NCBI GenBank assembly: GCA_965223265.1
Contig: OZ244999.1
Span: 7,584,001-7,648,000 of the forward strand
DNA length: 64,000 bases
Origin: Planctomycetota bacterium
Lineage (GTDB): Bacteria; Planctomycetota; UBA8108; SXIK01
Reading direction: 5' to 3'
Shown here in pieces: positions 22,320 through 32,955 of this stretch. A model generated the notes under the pieces. The model saw only the letters and a program-made list of their open reading frames with translations. It was not told the origin of the DNA and did not search any database. Position 1 is the first letter of the stretch; the number at the start of each line of letters is the position of its first letter. The translations under genes were made by a program, and so were the position numbers.

Positions 22320-23831
22320 CTAAGAGATGACGTCGCTCACAACGCGCGCTGGTTCGACGCCGGTGAGGCGCTCGTCAAGTCCGTGATGGTTGTAGACCAA
22401 CCGCTCGTGATCGATACCCAGGAGGTGCAGCACGGTAGCGTGAAAATCGTGCACGCTGACGCGGTTTTCGACGGCGTGGTAGCCGAACTCGTCAGTGGCG
22501 CCGTAGACAGTGCCGCCTTTGGCGCCGCCGCCGGCAAGCCATACCGAAAAACCGTTAGCGCCGTGATCACGGCCCGGGTTGTTGCCACCCTGGGTGAGCG
22601 GCAAGCGCCCGAACTCACCGCCCCACATAACGAGCGTCGTCTCGAGCAGCCCTCGCGCCTTGAGATCCTTCAGCAGCGCGGCGACGGGACGATCGGTCTC
22701 GGCGCACGAGCGCCGCAGCCCAGACTCAATCCCTGAGTGGTGATCCCACGGGTTGTTGCCGCGCGAGCAGTTCATGTAGATCTGGACAATCCGGACGCCG
22801 CGCTCGATCAGCCGCCGCGCCATGAGGCACCGTCTCGCGTACGGCATGGTCACGCGGTCGTTCAGACCGTAGAGCTCACGCGTCGTCTCCGACTCTTGAC
22901 TCAAGTCGAGCGCGTCGGAGGCAGAAATCTGCATGCGCGCGGCGAGCTCGTAGCTGGCGATTCTGGCGTCGAGATCCGGCTGAAACGGACGCCGCTCGCG
23001 GTGCCTCTTTGCCATGCGGCTCAGCAGCGAGCGAGACAGCTCGACGACGGGACGCGGATACTCCTTTTCTGCGTGCAGGTTGACAAGCGGCGAGCCGATC
23101 GTGCGCAGTCGTGTGCCCTGATACACCGGCGGCAACCAACCGGCCTGCCAGTTCTGACTGCCGAGAAGAATTCGCCGGTCGGGATCGTCTAGCGCAACGT
23201 AGGCCGGAAGGTTCTGGTTCTCGGTGCCCAGGCCGTAGACGACCCAGGCGCCGAAGCCAGGCGACTGGTCGGCAGTGCGCCCGCTGTGCATCATGAACAC
23301 CGCGGGCTCGTGATTGAAACTCGTCGTCCACATCGAGCGAATGATCGCGAGGTCGTCCGCGCACTCCGTCAGGTGCGGTATGACGTCGGACATCTCGATG
23401 CCCGATGCTCCGTAGCGGTCGAATGTGTACGGCGTCGGCAAGAGTCCTCCCGCGGCGCCGACCGATTCGACGTTGTCGAGAAACGCCCTCGGCAGATCTC
23501 CGGCGTGGCGCTTGAGCGCCGGCTTGGGATCGAAGAGATCAACCTGACTGGGACCACCGGTCATGAAGAGCTGAATCACGGCGCGGGCCCGCGGTGTGAA
23601 ATGCGGCGAGGAAGAGGATGGCCTCGTGCCCGGAGAGTGCGCGAAGCCGACGCTCGGGTCTCGCACCGCATCCGCACTGTAGACGTCGCCGGCAAGGAGC
23701 GACGCCATTGCCGCACCCAAGAGGCCATCACTCATGCGCGAGAAAAAATCTCGTCGCCCGAGACGGTCCTTTCCGCCCCGCGGCGCCGTACAGACGTGTC
23801 GTGGCAGCGCTCGCCGCGGCTCAGTCGACAT
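22320..23831 (-). CDS. DUF1501 domain protein
   Basis: GRRDFF Tat-like motif; VIQLFMTGGPSQVDLFDPKP, YELAARMQ, WGGEFGRLP, GRDH, HDFHATVLHLLG. Confidence 0.93.
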   Translation of the reverse strand: MSTEPRRALPRHVCTAPRGGKDRLGRRDFFSRMSDGLLGAAMASLLAGDVYSADAVRDPSVGFAHSPGTRPSSSSPHFTPRARAVIQLFMTGGPSQVDLFDPKPALKRHAGDLPRAFLDNVESVGAAGGLLPTPYTFDRYGASGIEMSDVIPHLTECADDLAIIRSMWTTSFNHEPAVFMMHSGRTADQSPGFGAWVVYGLGTENQNLPAYVALDDPDRRILLGSQNWQAGWLPPVYQGTRLRTIGSPLVNLHAEKEYPRPVVELSRSLLSRMAKRHRERRPFQPDLDARIASYELAARMQISASDALDLSQESETTRELYGLNDRVTMPYARRCLMARRLIERGVRIVQIYMNCSRGNNPWDHHSGIESGLRRSCAETDRPVAALLKDLKARGLLETTLVMWGGEFGRLPLTQGGNNPGRDHGANGFSVWLAGGGAKGGTVYGATDEFGYHAVENRVSVHDFHATVLHLLGIDHERLVYNHHGLDERLTGVEPARVVSDVIS

Positions 23832-26652
23832 AGAGAAACTCTGGGCTGTTCAGAATCGAATGACAAAACACTTCGAGCGCTTGGCGGTGCGCGAGTGCGC
23901 GCTGAGTGTCCTCTGTCTCCGCCGGCGCCTGATCTCCGGCAGCACCTCCGGTTACTGCGTCTTTGCGCACGGCGTTCTCGAGCACGGCGCCTCCCGATGT
24001 CGTGCCGCGACGTTTTGCAGCCGCAGCGCTTTCGAACCAGCTTTCTGCGAGCTCGTCAAGCGCGCGCGAGTCCGCCTCGACTTCGTCACCCGACGGCAAA
24101 CGCCCGTAGGCCGTCAGATAGATTCTCTCAAGCTGCGCCTGCCGCGACGCATCGGCCACCGCAAACACAGCAGCAGCGAATCGTCGCGCGCCGTCACGCA
24201 CGAACCGGCTGTTCCAGAGGCGGAGCGCCTGCGTCGGCACCGTCGACTCGACGCGGCGCACACAGTTGGGCTGCATGCGCGGCGCGTCGAAAAGATCGAG
24301 CTGCGTGACCGCGCGCAGGCGGCGACGGATCAGGTAGATGCTGCGGCGATATCCCACCGCAGTGGCGCGCGCGGTTGCCTCGCCGTCAGCGGTCACGTCT
24401 AGATCGTCGGGCGGTCCGAACGGTGTTCGGTCGAGCGCGCCTGTCACCTGCAAGACCGAGTCGCGGATGGCCTCAGCGTCGAGGCGACGAAGCGGAAACC
24501 GCGACAGCAATACGTTCTCGGGGTCCGCCGCGAGGGCCTCGGGCGTAACGAGCGACCGCTGCCGATACGCCGTCGAGGTCATGATCAAACGGTGAAGCGT
24601 CTTGAAGCTCCAGCCCTGACGGACGAACTCGGACGCCAGCCAGTCGAGAAGCTCAGGATGCGACGGCGGCGCGCCCGTGTTGCCGAAGTTCGCCGGTGTG
24701 GCGACGAGCCCGCGACCGAAGTGATGCTGCCAGATGCGGTTGACGATGACGCGCGCGGTGAGCGGATGCCGCGGCTGGATCAGCCACTTCGCCAGCCCAA
24801 GCCGGCGCCCCGTGCCGCCACTTCGCGAGCTCTTCGCGGCGACACGAAAGGGCTGCAGTTCTGAAGTCGAGAACGCGGGGGGCACTCCCGGCGCCACGCG
24901 CTCTCCCGGGCTGCGCAGTTCGCCTCGCCGCAGGACGTACACCGGGGTCGGCTCCCCGCCAGTGTCGAAAAGTGCATGGATCTTCGGCGCGGCGAGCAGT
25001 TGTCGTTTCGCCGCATCGGCGCGCGCGCGATGAGGCTGGACGCGCTGGCGAAAGTTGGGAAATCGCTTCTCGAGTTCCTCGCGGCTCACCTCGAACAGTT
25101 TCTTGAACTCGGCCTCCTCTGCTGTCTCGGACCCGCGCGCGCCGCGCGCCTCTTGACCTTTTGCCGCGGCGATTCGTCGCGCCCTCGCAGCAGCTGCCGG
25201 TTCAAGTGCTGCTAGACGCTCCTCGACGATTTGCGCTTTGAATGGCGCAGCGACCTCTTCGATCGCAGCCTCCCCCGCGGCGATCTCCCGAAGAAGCGGC
25301 GCGTTGTGACGCGCGATGACCGGCAACCTCTCACCGCCGGGATCGTCGAGAAGGCGCTGATAGAGTGCGGGAGCAGGAGAACCAGAGGGGTAAATCGTTT
25401 CGCCGGGAATGCGCCAATCGTAAGGATCGTATGCCGGCTGAAACAGCGCCATGAAGCGATAGTAGTCGCGCAGCGAGATGGGATCGAACTTGTGGTCGTG
25501 GCACTGCGCGCACTCGATCGTCATCCCCATGACCGCAGATCCAAAAATCTTGAGCTCGTCGATCAAAACTGCCTGACGACTCGGAACGAAGTTGAGCGCC
25601 AGCTCATCTGTATCGTCCGCGGCGGTGCGCAGAAACCCCGTGGCGATCAAAGCGTCTCGCTTCTCAGTCGTGAGCGGCTGACCCGAACGATATTCGACGA
25701 GCTCATCCCCCGCGACTTGTTCAAGCAGGAAGCGATCGTAAGGCTTGTCGGCGACGAGCGCCCTGATAACGTAATCGCGATAACGCCACGCGTAGCGCCG
25801 ATATTCGTCGCGATCGATCTTGCCGTGGGTGTCGGCGTAACCAGCTGCATCGAGCCAGTACATCGCCCAACGCTCGCCATACGCCTGCGTGGCGAGCAGC
25901 TCATCGACGAGGCGCTCGTAAGAACCTGGGTCGGTGTCAGCGGCGAACGTTGTCGCGGCTGCAGCGGACGGTGGAAGTCCGGTGAGTGCGAAATGAGCGC
26001 GACGCAGCTGCGTCGATCGATCAGCCTTAGGGGAAAACCGCAGGTTCTTTGCCTCCAGCTGCTGCAGTAAGAACGCGTCGATCGGAGTGCGCACCTGCGC
26101 TTCGTTGAGCACGACGGGCGGCGCGACCCGTCGCGGCGGCTTCAGCGCCCAGAGTCCCTCTACATCACTTGAGGCATCGACTTCGTCTCGCGCCGCGGGA
26201 ACCGGCGGCTCGTCCTGCGCACCGCCGCGGATCCACGCCGCGAGGCGATCGATGTCGCCAGCACGCACACGACGAACGTAGTTCTTGTCGCCGAAGAGAT
26301 CCTTCTCGGGTGGCATTTCGTCCCGGACGATGCGCTGGTAGACAAGGCTCTCCTCAGGCTTGCCGGGAACGATCGCCGGCCCCGAGCGGCCGCCTCTGAG
26401 CATGCTCGCGCGCGTGCGAAGATCGAGATCACCTTCACGCTTCCATTTGCCGTGACATGAAATGCAATGGGAACGAAAGACGTTCGACAGGATTTCCTGC
26501 GCCAAGGGCTCTGGCTCTGACGCTGCGGCTCGGCGACCCGCAGCGCAAATAAAGAAAACCGTCATGCAGACCCAAAGCGCATGGGTTACCGCAAACAGGA
26601 CTGCGGCCCTCGCACGCAGACGCAGCTGAGCAGGGTGGGTTCGAATTCTCAC
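23821..26652 (-). CDS. Planctomycete cytochrome c + DUF1549/DUF1553 protein
   Basis: CISCH haem motif, [10 protein letters not shown]...[40 protein letters not shown]. Confidence 0.93.
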   Translation of the reverse strand: MRIRTHPAQLRLRARAAVLFAVTHALWVCMTVFFICAAGRRAAASEPEPLAQEILSNVFRSHCISCHGKWKREGDLDLRTRASMLRGGRSGPAIVPGKPEESLVYQRIVRDEMPPEKDLFGDKNYVRRVRAGDIDRLAAWIRGGAQDEPPVPAARDEVDASSDVEGLWALKPPRRVAPPVVLNEAQVRTPIDAFLLQQLEAKNLRFSPKADRSTQLRRAHFALTGLPPSAAAATTFAADTDPGSYERLVDELLATQAYGERWAMYWLDAAGYADTHGKIDRDEYRRYAWRYRDYVIRALVADKPYDRFLLEQVAGDELVEYRSGQPLTTEKRDALIATGFLRTAADDTDELALNFVPSRQAVLIDELKIFGSAVMGMTIECAQCHDHKFDPISLRDYYRFMALFQPAYDPYDWRIPGETIYPSGSPAPALYQRLLDDPGGERLPVIARHNAPLLREIAAGEAAIEEVAAPFKAQIVEERLAALEPAAAARARRIAAAKGQEARGARGSETAEEAEFKKLFEVSREELEKRFPNFRQRVQPHRARADAAKRQLLAAPKIHALFDTGGEPTPVYVLRRGELRSPGERVAPGVPPAFSTSELQPFRVAAKSSRSGGTGRRLGLAKWLIQPRHPLTARVIVNRIWQHHFGRGLVATPANFGNTGAPPSHPELLDWLASEFVRQGWSFKTLHRLIMTSTAYRQRSLVTPEALAADPENVLLSRFPLRRLDAEAIRDSVLQVTGALDRTPFGPPDDLDVTADGEATARATAVGYRRSIYLIRRRLRAVTQLDLFDAPRMQPNCVRRVESTVPTQALRLWNSRFVRDGARRFAAAVFAVADASRQAQLERIYLTAYGRLPSGDEVEADSRALDELAESWFESAAAAKRRGTTSGGAVLENAVRKDAVTGGAAGDQAPAETEDTQRALAHRQALEVFCHSILNSPEFLYVD

Positions 26653-26817
26653 CGGGGCTCGTTTCCACAGAAGATATCGTCTCAGATCCGCCTATTTTCC
26701 CACACCATCTTGGCGAAATCGAGCCCCCGGCAGCTCACTAACACGCGCCCTCGTTGTGCGGTAGAGCTCGTCCCGGCACCGACACCGGCCGTCAAAAGAC
26801 TCCGATCCGAGTCCCCG

Positions 26818-27246
26818 CTACGACCGCAGTTTGTTGAGCTGCGTCCTGACCTTCTCCCAGTAGCGATCCGTCTTCGCGCGCGAAACGCCGTTCGGCCCGC
26901 CGTTGTGCGTGCGCGCGATGACTTCTGCGTGGCGTCGCAGCCACGCATCGGGGACGTAGTGTCGCATATAGGCTTCCACGACGCGTTCGGCATAGTCGCG
27001 ACGCCGGCAATCCTGGTACTCACCGGCGAGGGATGGGTCAGCCCTTGTCGCGTCCGACCAGTAGGCGAAGCCGATTTGAAACGGCCCGATCGAAAGACCA
27101 CCGTCACCGTCGGGGCAGTCGTCGCGGCCACCACTTTCGACGACGCGAATCGCATCCAGAATCTGCTGAGTCGTCGGTGGCTCCCGCGGCGTTGGGGATG
27201 GGAACGATACAGCGACAATGAGGAGAGCTAGCTCGAAGGAACGCAT
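26818..27246 (-). CDS. Secreted i-type (destabilase-like) lysozyme-family protein, 142 aa
   Basis: ATG 27246 gives signal-like MRSFELALLIVAVS; VESGG...DGGLSIGPFQI...YWSD...YMRHY...ARTHNGGPNG...TDRYWEKV follows the i-type lysozyme motif order. Confidence 0.8.
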   Translation of the reverse strand: MRSFELALLIVAVSFPSPTPREPPTTQQILDAIRVVESGGRDDCPDGDGGLSIGPFQIGFAYWSDATRADPSLAGEYQDCRRRDYAERVVEAYMRHYVPDAWLRRHAEVIARTHNGGPNGVSRAKTDRYWEKVRTQLNKLRS

Positions 27247-27598
27247 ACGATGTTTTAACACCGTCTGGCGTGGTTCGCCGCTCGCGCCTCTCCACCAACT
27301 CGTCAATCTCCTATACAGCCAGCGACGCCGAACCGCAAAACGCCGCCAGGGCGAACGCTTGGACGCCAGTGGAGCCGCGCCCAATCGCGGCCGCATTCGC
27401 CACCGAGACGCCGAACGCCAAGGGCGGCTTCGCGATGCGGCGGAATCGCCGCGGCGGCGTAGCTCCATCCTCCTTCACCTCACAGCGTTCATTCGCCTGC
27501 CACTCGCGACGCGGCGTAGATTTCTCTTCCCGATCGTGCGAAAAAAGCCGCTATCATCATGCGGCGCACGCCTTGCGCTGTCCACGGAGTATCGACCG

Positions 27599-28378
27599 AT
27601 GGCCCTAAGTGCTAGCCAGCAGAAACAGCTCGACGAGGATGGGTTCCTCATCCTCGTAGACATGATCGACGCCGAGCGCGTCGAGACGATCATCGAGGGG
27701 ATCGAACGCGCTTACGCGCTCGAAGGCGCGGGCGCCGGCGGCGAATTTCAGCGCGAACCAGGCTGTCGACGCCTGGCGAATCTCGTCGACAAGGGAGAAG
27801 TTTTTCGCGGCGCGATTCGCGAACCGGCGATTCTGGCATGCATGGCTCACGTGCTCGGGCCGCGCTTCAAACTGAGCAGCGTCAACGCACGCTCGGCCGA
27901 CCCGCTGTCGCCGAACCGCCAACCACTCCACGCCGACATGGGGGCGGTCGCCGACGACGACGGATACTGGGTGTGCAACTCGCTCTGGATGCTGGACGAC
28001 TTCACGCCGGAGAACGGGGCCCTACGCGTCGTCCCAGGCTCTCACCGCTGGCGCCAGCTGCCCCAAGATGGCATGGCGGATCCGCTCGCACCTCACGACG
28101 ATGAAGTGATGATTACCGGAAGCAGAGGCACGGTGGCCATCATGAACGCGCACGCCTGGCATGGGGCGCTGGCGAACACGACGCCGAAGCCGCGGCGCGC
28201 GCTCCATGTTTTCTATACGCGGTGGGATAAGCCCCAGCAGCAGTATCAAAAGAAGCTCCTGAGCAGCGACACCCAAGCTCGGCTGAACCCCGAAGAGCGG
28301 GCGCTGCTCGCGCTCGACGATCCGCACAACGATTTTCTGTGTCAGACGACGACGACCCGCAGCGGCTTCCTGAAGTGA
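27599..28378 (+). CDS. Phytanoyl-CoA dioxygenase (PhyH) family Fe/2OG enzyme
   Basis: LDEDGFLIL, QPLHAD (HxD), LDDFTPENGALRVVPGSH, WHGA...R. Confidence 0.92.
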   Translation: MALSASQQKQLDEDGFLILVDMIDAERVETIIEGIERAYALEGAGAGGEFQREPGCRRLANLVDKGEVFRGAIREPAILACMAHVLGPRFKLSSVNARSADPLSPNRQPLHADMGAVADDDGYWVCNSLWMLDDFTPENGALRVVPGSHRWRQLPQDGMADPLAPHDDEVMITGSRGTVAIMNAHAWHGALANTTPKPRRALHVFYTRWDKPQQQYQKKLLSSDTQARLNPEERALLALDDPHNDFLCQTTTTRSGFLK

Positions 28379-28574
28379 ACGCCGCGTCGCCGTCGCGCGA
28401 ACAGAATCAGAGAAAAAGCGTGTTGCGCGATCGCACGTCTCGGTGGCGATCGGTTATCGTATCGGGCACCCTTGTTTGACATTGCGACCGGTCACACCGT
28501 TTGGACACGCTCGCTTCGAACTCGCGGCCGGCATGGAGGCGCTCTCCGAGCCGCCCAACCGATTGAGGAAGTCG

Positions 28575-29951
28575 ATGAAAACACGCAGAACGTTTCTCAA
28601 GAAATGCGCCGCCGGACTCACCACCCTCGCACTTCCCTGGCCGCTCGGGTGTGCCGTCGATCGCTCCGCAGTGCGTTCGGCTCGAAACTCGAAACACTTC
28701 ACAATCAAGGATATCCGACGAACCACAGTCAAGATTCCATATCGTGAGGTGCCGCGACGAGCCATGGATCGCGAACTGCCACATTGGCGCTACTCTGAAA
28801 TCACCGAGGTGACACTTGCATCCGGCGTGGTCGGCTTCGGCGAAACGATGCTCTACTACACGTGGGGCGAGACGACCGACGAGCGTGTGAGCGCAGCGAT
28901 GGGCAAGAACGCCGTCGATCTCATGTGGGACGACAAAAACGGTGCGGGACTCCAGATCGCACTCTTCGATGCGGTCGGCAAAACAATCGGAGTTCCGGTG
29001 CACCGGCTGCTCGGGCACAAGCAGTACGATCGCACGCCGCTGTCGTGGTGGAACATCGACATGCCGCCCGAGGACATGGCGACCGAGTGCAAAGAGGCAC
29101 TCGCCAGCGGCTACATGTCGTACAAGACGAAGGGCCGGCCATGGTTTGACCTTTGGGAGCAGGTGGATGTGGCGGCTAAGGCCGTGCCGCGTGAGTTCAA
29201 GATCGACATGGATTTCAACGACACGCTCCGCGACGCGGAGCGCGCGATTCCAATCCTGAAGGAGCTAGAGAAGTACCCGCAGATCGACATCTATGAAACG
29301 CCGATTCCTCAAGGTGACGTCGCTGGCAACCGCGCCATCCGTGAGGCAACCCGTGTCAACATCGCTCTACACTACGGCAGTCCGAGGCCTGCTGTCGTCG
29401 TCCACGATGAGGTGTGTGATGGATTTGTTGTCGGTGGCGGCGCCACTGCCGTAGCACGGCAAGGAAAGTTTTCCGGCGAGGTCGAAATGCCGTTCTGGCT
29501 GCAGCTCGTCGGCAGCAGCATCACCGCGGCGTTCTCTCTTCACTTCGGTGGCGTGCTGCGCCAGGCGAAGTGGCCGGCGGTCAACTGCCACCAGCTCTAC
29601 CAGTACTCGATGCTGACGCAGCCGATCGTTGTCACGGACGGCTCCGCGGCCGTCCCTGACAAGCCGGGACTCGGCTACGACCTCGATCGTGACGCAGTCG
29701 AGAAACTGCGTGTCGACAAGCCGACTGAACGCCCCGACTACCCCCGCCTCCTCGAGACGACTTGGCCCGACGGCCGCAAGATGTACACGGCGAGCCACAA
29801 CTTGGTGAACTTCATCCTGCGGCAGGCGAACCGAGAGAACATGCCGTTCTTTGAGCGCGGCGTCATGACCCAGCAAGTGCCGAACGACGGTAGCGCGCGC
29901 TGGCGAGAGCTCTACGAGGGTGCCAAAGACAAACCGGTCATGCTGCAGTGA
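28575..29951 (+). CDS. Tat-exported mandelate racemase/muconate lactonizing enzyme (enolase superfamily)
   Basis: GAGGA RBS, MKTRRTFLK; ALFDAVGKTIGVPVHRLLG, KTK, DFN, ETP, VPDKPGLG. Confidence 0.88.
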   Translation: MKTRRTFLKKCAAGLTTLALPWPLGCAVDRSAVRSARNSKHFTIKDIRRTTVKIPYREVPRRAMDRELPHWRYSEITEVTLASGVVGFGETMLYYTWGETTDERVSAAMGKNAVDLMWDDKNGAGLQIALFDAVGKTIGVPVHRLLGHKQYDRTPLSWWNIDMPPEDMATECKEALASGYMSYKTKGRPWFDLWEQVDVAAKAVPREFKIDMDFNDTLRDAERAIPILKELEKYPQIDIYETPIPQGDVAGNRAIREATRVNIALHYGSPRPAVVVHDEVCDGFVVGGGATAVARQGKFSGEVEMPFWLQLVGSSITAAFSLHFGGVLRQAKWPAVNCHQLYQYSMLTQPIVVTDGSAAVPDKPGLGYDLDRDAVEKLRVDKPTERPDYPRLLETTWPDGRKMYTASHNLVNFILRQANRENMPFFERGVMTQQVPNDGSARWRELYEGAKDKPVMLQ

Positions 29952-29973
29952 TTTTGGTGGTTAGCGTGTTCGT

Positions 29974-31461
29974 GGGTGCAGTCGCAGCATAACGCGGATC
30001 AGGCCGCGATCTTCATCTCGCCGAGTATTTGCTCATGAGCGCCCCAGAACGAATCCCACCGTCGACTCAAGACGGCGCAACGTAGATTCAAGATCTGCTG
30101 ACCGCCGCGAGAGGACCACCGCATGCCGGATCGTTTGAGACGGTGTCCGACGACGGTCTTGCACGCAGCTTCGACGACACCGCTGCCAATCGGCAGTCCC
30201 TTGGTGAGATAGGTCGAGTAGCGCATGTGTTCACGGTTTCGGTCGTAGTATCGTTCGGTTTCGTGAAGAGTCTTCGCTCGTTTCCCTGACGTGATACCTC
30301 GCCGCGTGCGACGGTTGCGTAGGGACTGAAGTACGCGTTCGACCCCGTCCTTCTGCTCGAGAAGCTTCGCACGTTGCTCTCGGAACCACGTTGTCGCTTC
30401 CGGGTTCCCGGGACCAAACAGAGCTTCGGAAGCTTCGCGCAGCTTCTCGGCAGCGTGAAAGAAATCGAGGATGCCTGTGGCGCGCTTGAGGATCGGATGC
30501 TCAGACTGATACGTCCAGTTCGAGAGCGCTCCGTCGGCGAGAAAGACCAACTTCGCGCCCCGAGGAAGGCTGCCCTTGACAGCTCGGACCTCTCGGTCGA
30601 GCTTCTCGTTCAAACCTTCCACGCTTCCATCGGGCATTTCAGCGACGTACTTTGTTGAGAGTCGTTCACCAGCTTTGTCGTAGAGCGCAATCGTGCCGAC
30701 CTCCGCCTGACGCCAGCCCTCGCCGCGAACGTTCACCATGGTGCCGTCTCGACTCACGGCGGCGACCTTAGCCGACTCGGCTTCGTCTTCGGTGGACACA
30801 GCGTGCTCGAAATAGATCTCAGAGAGATCCTCTCCTAGCTCGCCGACTTCGCTTGCTACGTGCTTGATCACCGTCGCGCATGGACGAAGAAAGTGCCAGC
30901 GCCGACAGAACTCTTCGACTTCCGCGGGGACTGACAATGCCGTCGAGTAGCTCACGAATTCGGCGGCCAGCGGTGTCATGCCGTGGTGCAAAATGCCTGC
31001 ATTGCGCTCCAACGGACACATGGTGCGAGCCCTCGCCCCGTTGGCCTGATAGACCGTCCGCTTCACTTCGATTTTCCCAAGAAAGCACTGATACTCCTTG
31101 GGGCCGCGGTACTTGCGGTAGTGCCGTTCGCCATCGATGTCGAGGTGCGGTTCGTCAACGTCGCTCTCTTCAAGAACCGTCCGTTCGATCGTTCGCCCAA
31201 GCTCCCCGAGCTGTTCGAACAGCGACCGCTCGAAAGCCGACAATGACCGCGGGCTCAAGCCCGCCGACTCGAAATCCCCGAGCGTTTCACAGAGCTGACG
31301 CTTGAACTCTCCAAGCAAATCGTCGATCTTCTCCAGCATTGTCATGTCCTTTCTCTTCACTGACTTTCCAATTCGAAGAGAAAGGACTTTTTTCGTGCCG
31401 TGTCAAGCTGCTACGCCTTCGTAAATCCCTACGAAACCGACGTTATGCGACATCTGCACCC
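29974..31461 (-). mobile_element. Complete insertion sequence, ISKra4-like (IS256-related DDE), 1488 bp
   Basis: Imperfect terminal IRs GGGTGCAGtcgcaGCATAACG / GGGTGCAGatgtcGCATAACG; 8-bp direct repeat GTGTTCGT at 29966-29973 and 31462-31469; single transposase inside. Confidence 0.92.
29999..31345 (-). CDS. ISKra4-family (UPF0236-like) transposase
   Basis: SRDG, LADGA, LDFFHAAE, PIGSGVVEAACKTVVGHRLKRSGMRWS; AGAAAGGA RBS before ATG 31345. Confidence 0.9.
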   Translation of the reverse strand: MTMLEKIDDLLGEFKRQLCETLGDFESAGLSPRSLSAFERSLFEQLGELGRTIERTVLEESDVDEPHLDIDGERHYRKYRGPKEYQCFLGKIEVKRTVYQANGARARTMCPLERNAGILHHGMTPLAAEFVSYSTALSVPAEVEEFCRRWHFLRPCATVIKHVASEVGELGEDLSEIYFEHAVSTEDEAESAKVAAVSRDGTMVNVRGEGWRQAEVGTIALYDKAGERLSTKYVAEMPDGSVEGLNEKLDREVRAVKGSLPRGAKLVFLADGALSNWTYQSEHPILKRATGILDFFHAAEKLREASEALFGPGNPEATTWFREQRAKLLEQKDGVERVLQSLRNRRTRRGITSGKRAKTLHETERYYDRNREHMRYSTYLTKGLPIGSGVVEAACKTVVGHRLKRSGMRWSSRGGQQILNLRCAVLSRRWDSFWGAHEQILGEMKIAA

Positions 31462-31498
31462 GTGTTCGTCCTGAAACGATGCGGACTCGCTAACCTTC

Positions 31499-32890
31499 CT
31501 ACTGCTCCGAGAGGGGGGTGTGTGCTGCCGTCATCAGCGCGTCGAGCTCGCGGGTGACATCTGGAAACTGCTGCGCCACGTTCATCGACTCAGAGAGATC
31601 GACGGAAAGATCGTAAAGCTCAACGTCATAGCGCTCCTGCCGCGGCCGTGGTAGGCGAACGGCCTTCCACTTGCCGCGCCGCACCGCACGAACTTCCGCA
31701 TCACGGAACTGCCAGTAGAGATAGTCGTGGGAGCGCTGATCAGCGGTGCGCCCAACAAGCGTCGGCAGCATGGAGAAGCCGTCGTTAGGTGGTGCGGCCA
31801 CACCACTCACGTCGCACAGAGTCGCGAGCATATCGACAAAACCAGAGAGATGGTCGCTCACTGAAGCAGCAGGAATCTTGCCGGGCCAACGCGCGATCAG
31901 CGGCACACGGATGCCACCCTCGTAGAGATCCCGCTTAAAGCCGCGAAGCGGACCGTTCGAGTCAAAAAACGACACGCGGTGCCCGCCCTCTTGATGCGGA
32001 CCGTTGTCGCTGGAGAAAAAGATGAGCGTCTTGTCGTCAAGGCCGAGCTCTTTCACTCGCGCGAGGATCAAGCCGACATCACGATCGATGTTATGGATCA
32101 TCGCGGCGAATCCTTTCTCGGGTTCAGGCCACTCCCTAGAGGCGAACTCTCCGTGGCTCGGCACTTCCATGCCGTCATTCCCAGCTTCGTTGTTGGCGTG
32201 CGGGACGTTGAGCGCGACGTAGAGGAAGAACGGCCGCGAACGATTCCGCTGCAGAAACGAGAGCGCCTCGGCAGTGACGAGATCCGGAACGTAGTCGACC
32301 TTCTTCTCCGCAACGCCACGACCGTCCTCTTCGTTCCTGTCGCGCCACTTCTTGGTCAACACGTTTCGCAGTGGGACTCTTTGTCCGTTCTTGACGACAA
32401 ACGTCGGATAGAAGTTGTGCGCATGGATCATGTTGGCGTAGCCAAAGAACTCATCGAAACCATTGCGCTGCGGATCGTCAAAAGGCGGCGGGTGGCCGAC
32501 GCCCCATTTACCGAAGCATCCAGTTCGATATCCAGCGTCCTTGAGGAGATCTGCAATCGTCACGTCTTCATCTCGGAGCAGCACCGGACCATTGACACGG
32601 ATGCGGGCATGGCCGAGATGTAGCCCGGTCAGAAGTACACAGCGTGACGGCGCGCAGACCGTGGCACCGGCGTAGTGCTGCGTGAAACGCATGCCCTCGG
32701 CGGCAAGTCGGTCGAGGTTCGGAGTGCGCAGCACCTTTTGACCGTAGCAACCCAGATCGCCGTAGCCGAGATCATCGGCGAGAATGTAGATCACATTCGG
32801 CTTCGCAGCGCACAGCTTTGGGGCTGACGCCCAAACGAGCAAGAGTGTGGCGAGAAGACAACCACGCCGGAGAAAAGTCTGAAGCATCAT
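31499..32890 (-). CDS. Arylsulfatase-family sulfatase (secreted)
   Basis: KPNVIYILADDLGYGD, CAPSRCVLLTG (CxPSR), GKWG, SSDNG, KRDLYEGGIRVP. Confidence 0.95.
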   Translation of the reverse strand: MMLQTFLRRGCLLATLLLVWASAPKLCAAKPNVIYILADDLGYGDLGCYGQKVLRTPNLDRLAAEGMRFTQHYAGATVCAPSRCVLLTGLHLGHARIRVNGPVLLRDEDVTIADLLKDAGYRTGCFGKWGVGHPPPFDDPQRNGFDEFFGYANMIHAHNFYPTFVVKNGQRVPLRNVLTKKWRDRNEEDGRGVAEKKVDYVPDLVTAEALSFLQRNRSRPFFLYVALNVPHANNEAGNDGMEVPSHGEFASREWPEPEKGFAAMIHNIDRDVGLILARVKELGLDDKTLIFFSSDNGPHQEGGHRVSFFDSNGPLRGFKRDLYEGGIRVPLIARWPGKIPAASVSDHLSGFVDMLATLCDVSGVAAPPNDGFSMLPTLVGRTADQRSHDYLYWQFRDAEVRAVRRGKWKAVRLPRPRQERYDVELYDLSVDLSESMNVAQQFPDVTRELDALMTAAHTPLSEQ

Positions 32891-32955
32891 CGGCTTGTGA
32901 GGTATCCAGTCCAGTTGATGTGGGCGCCGGATCAAAGAACGATCTACGGCTGAGA

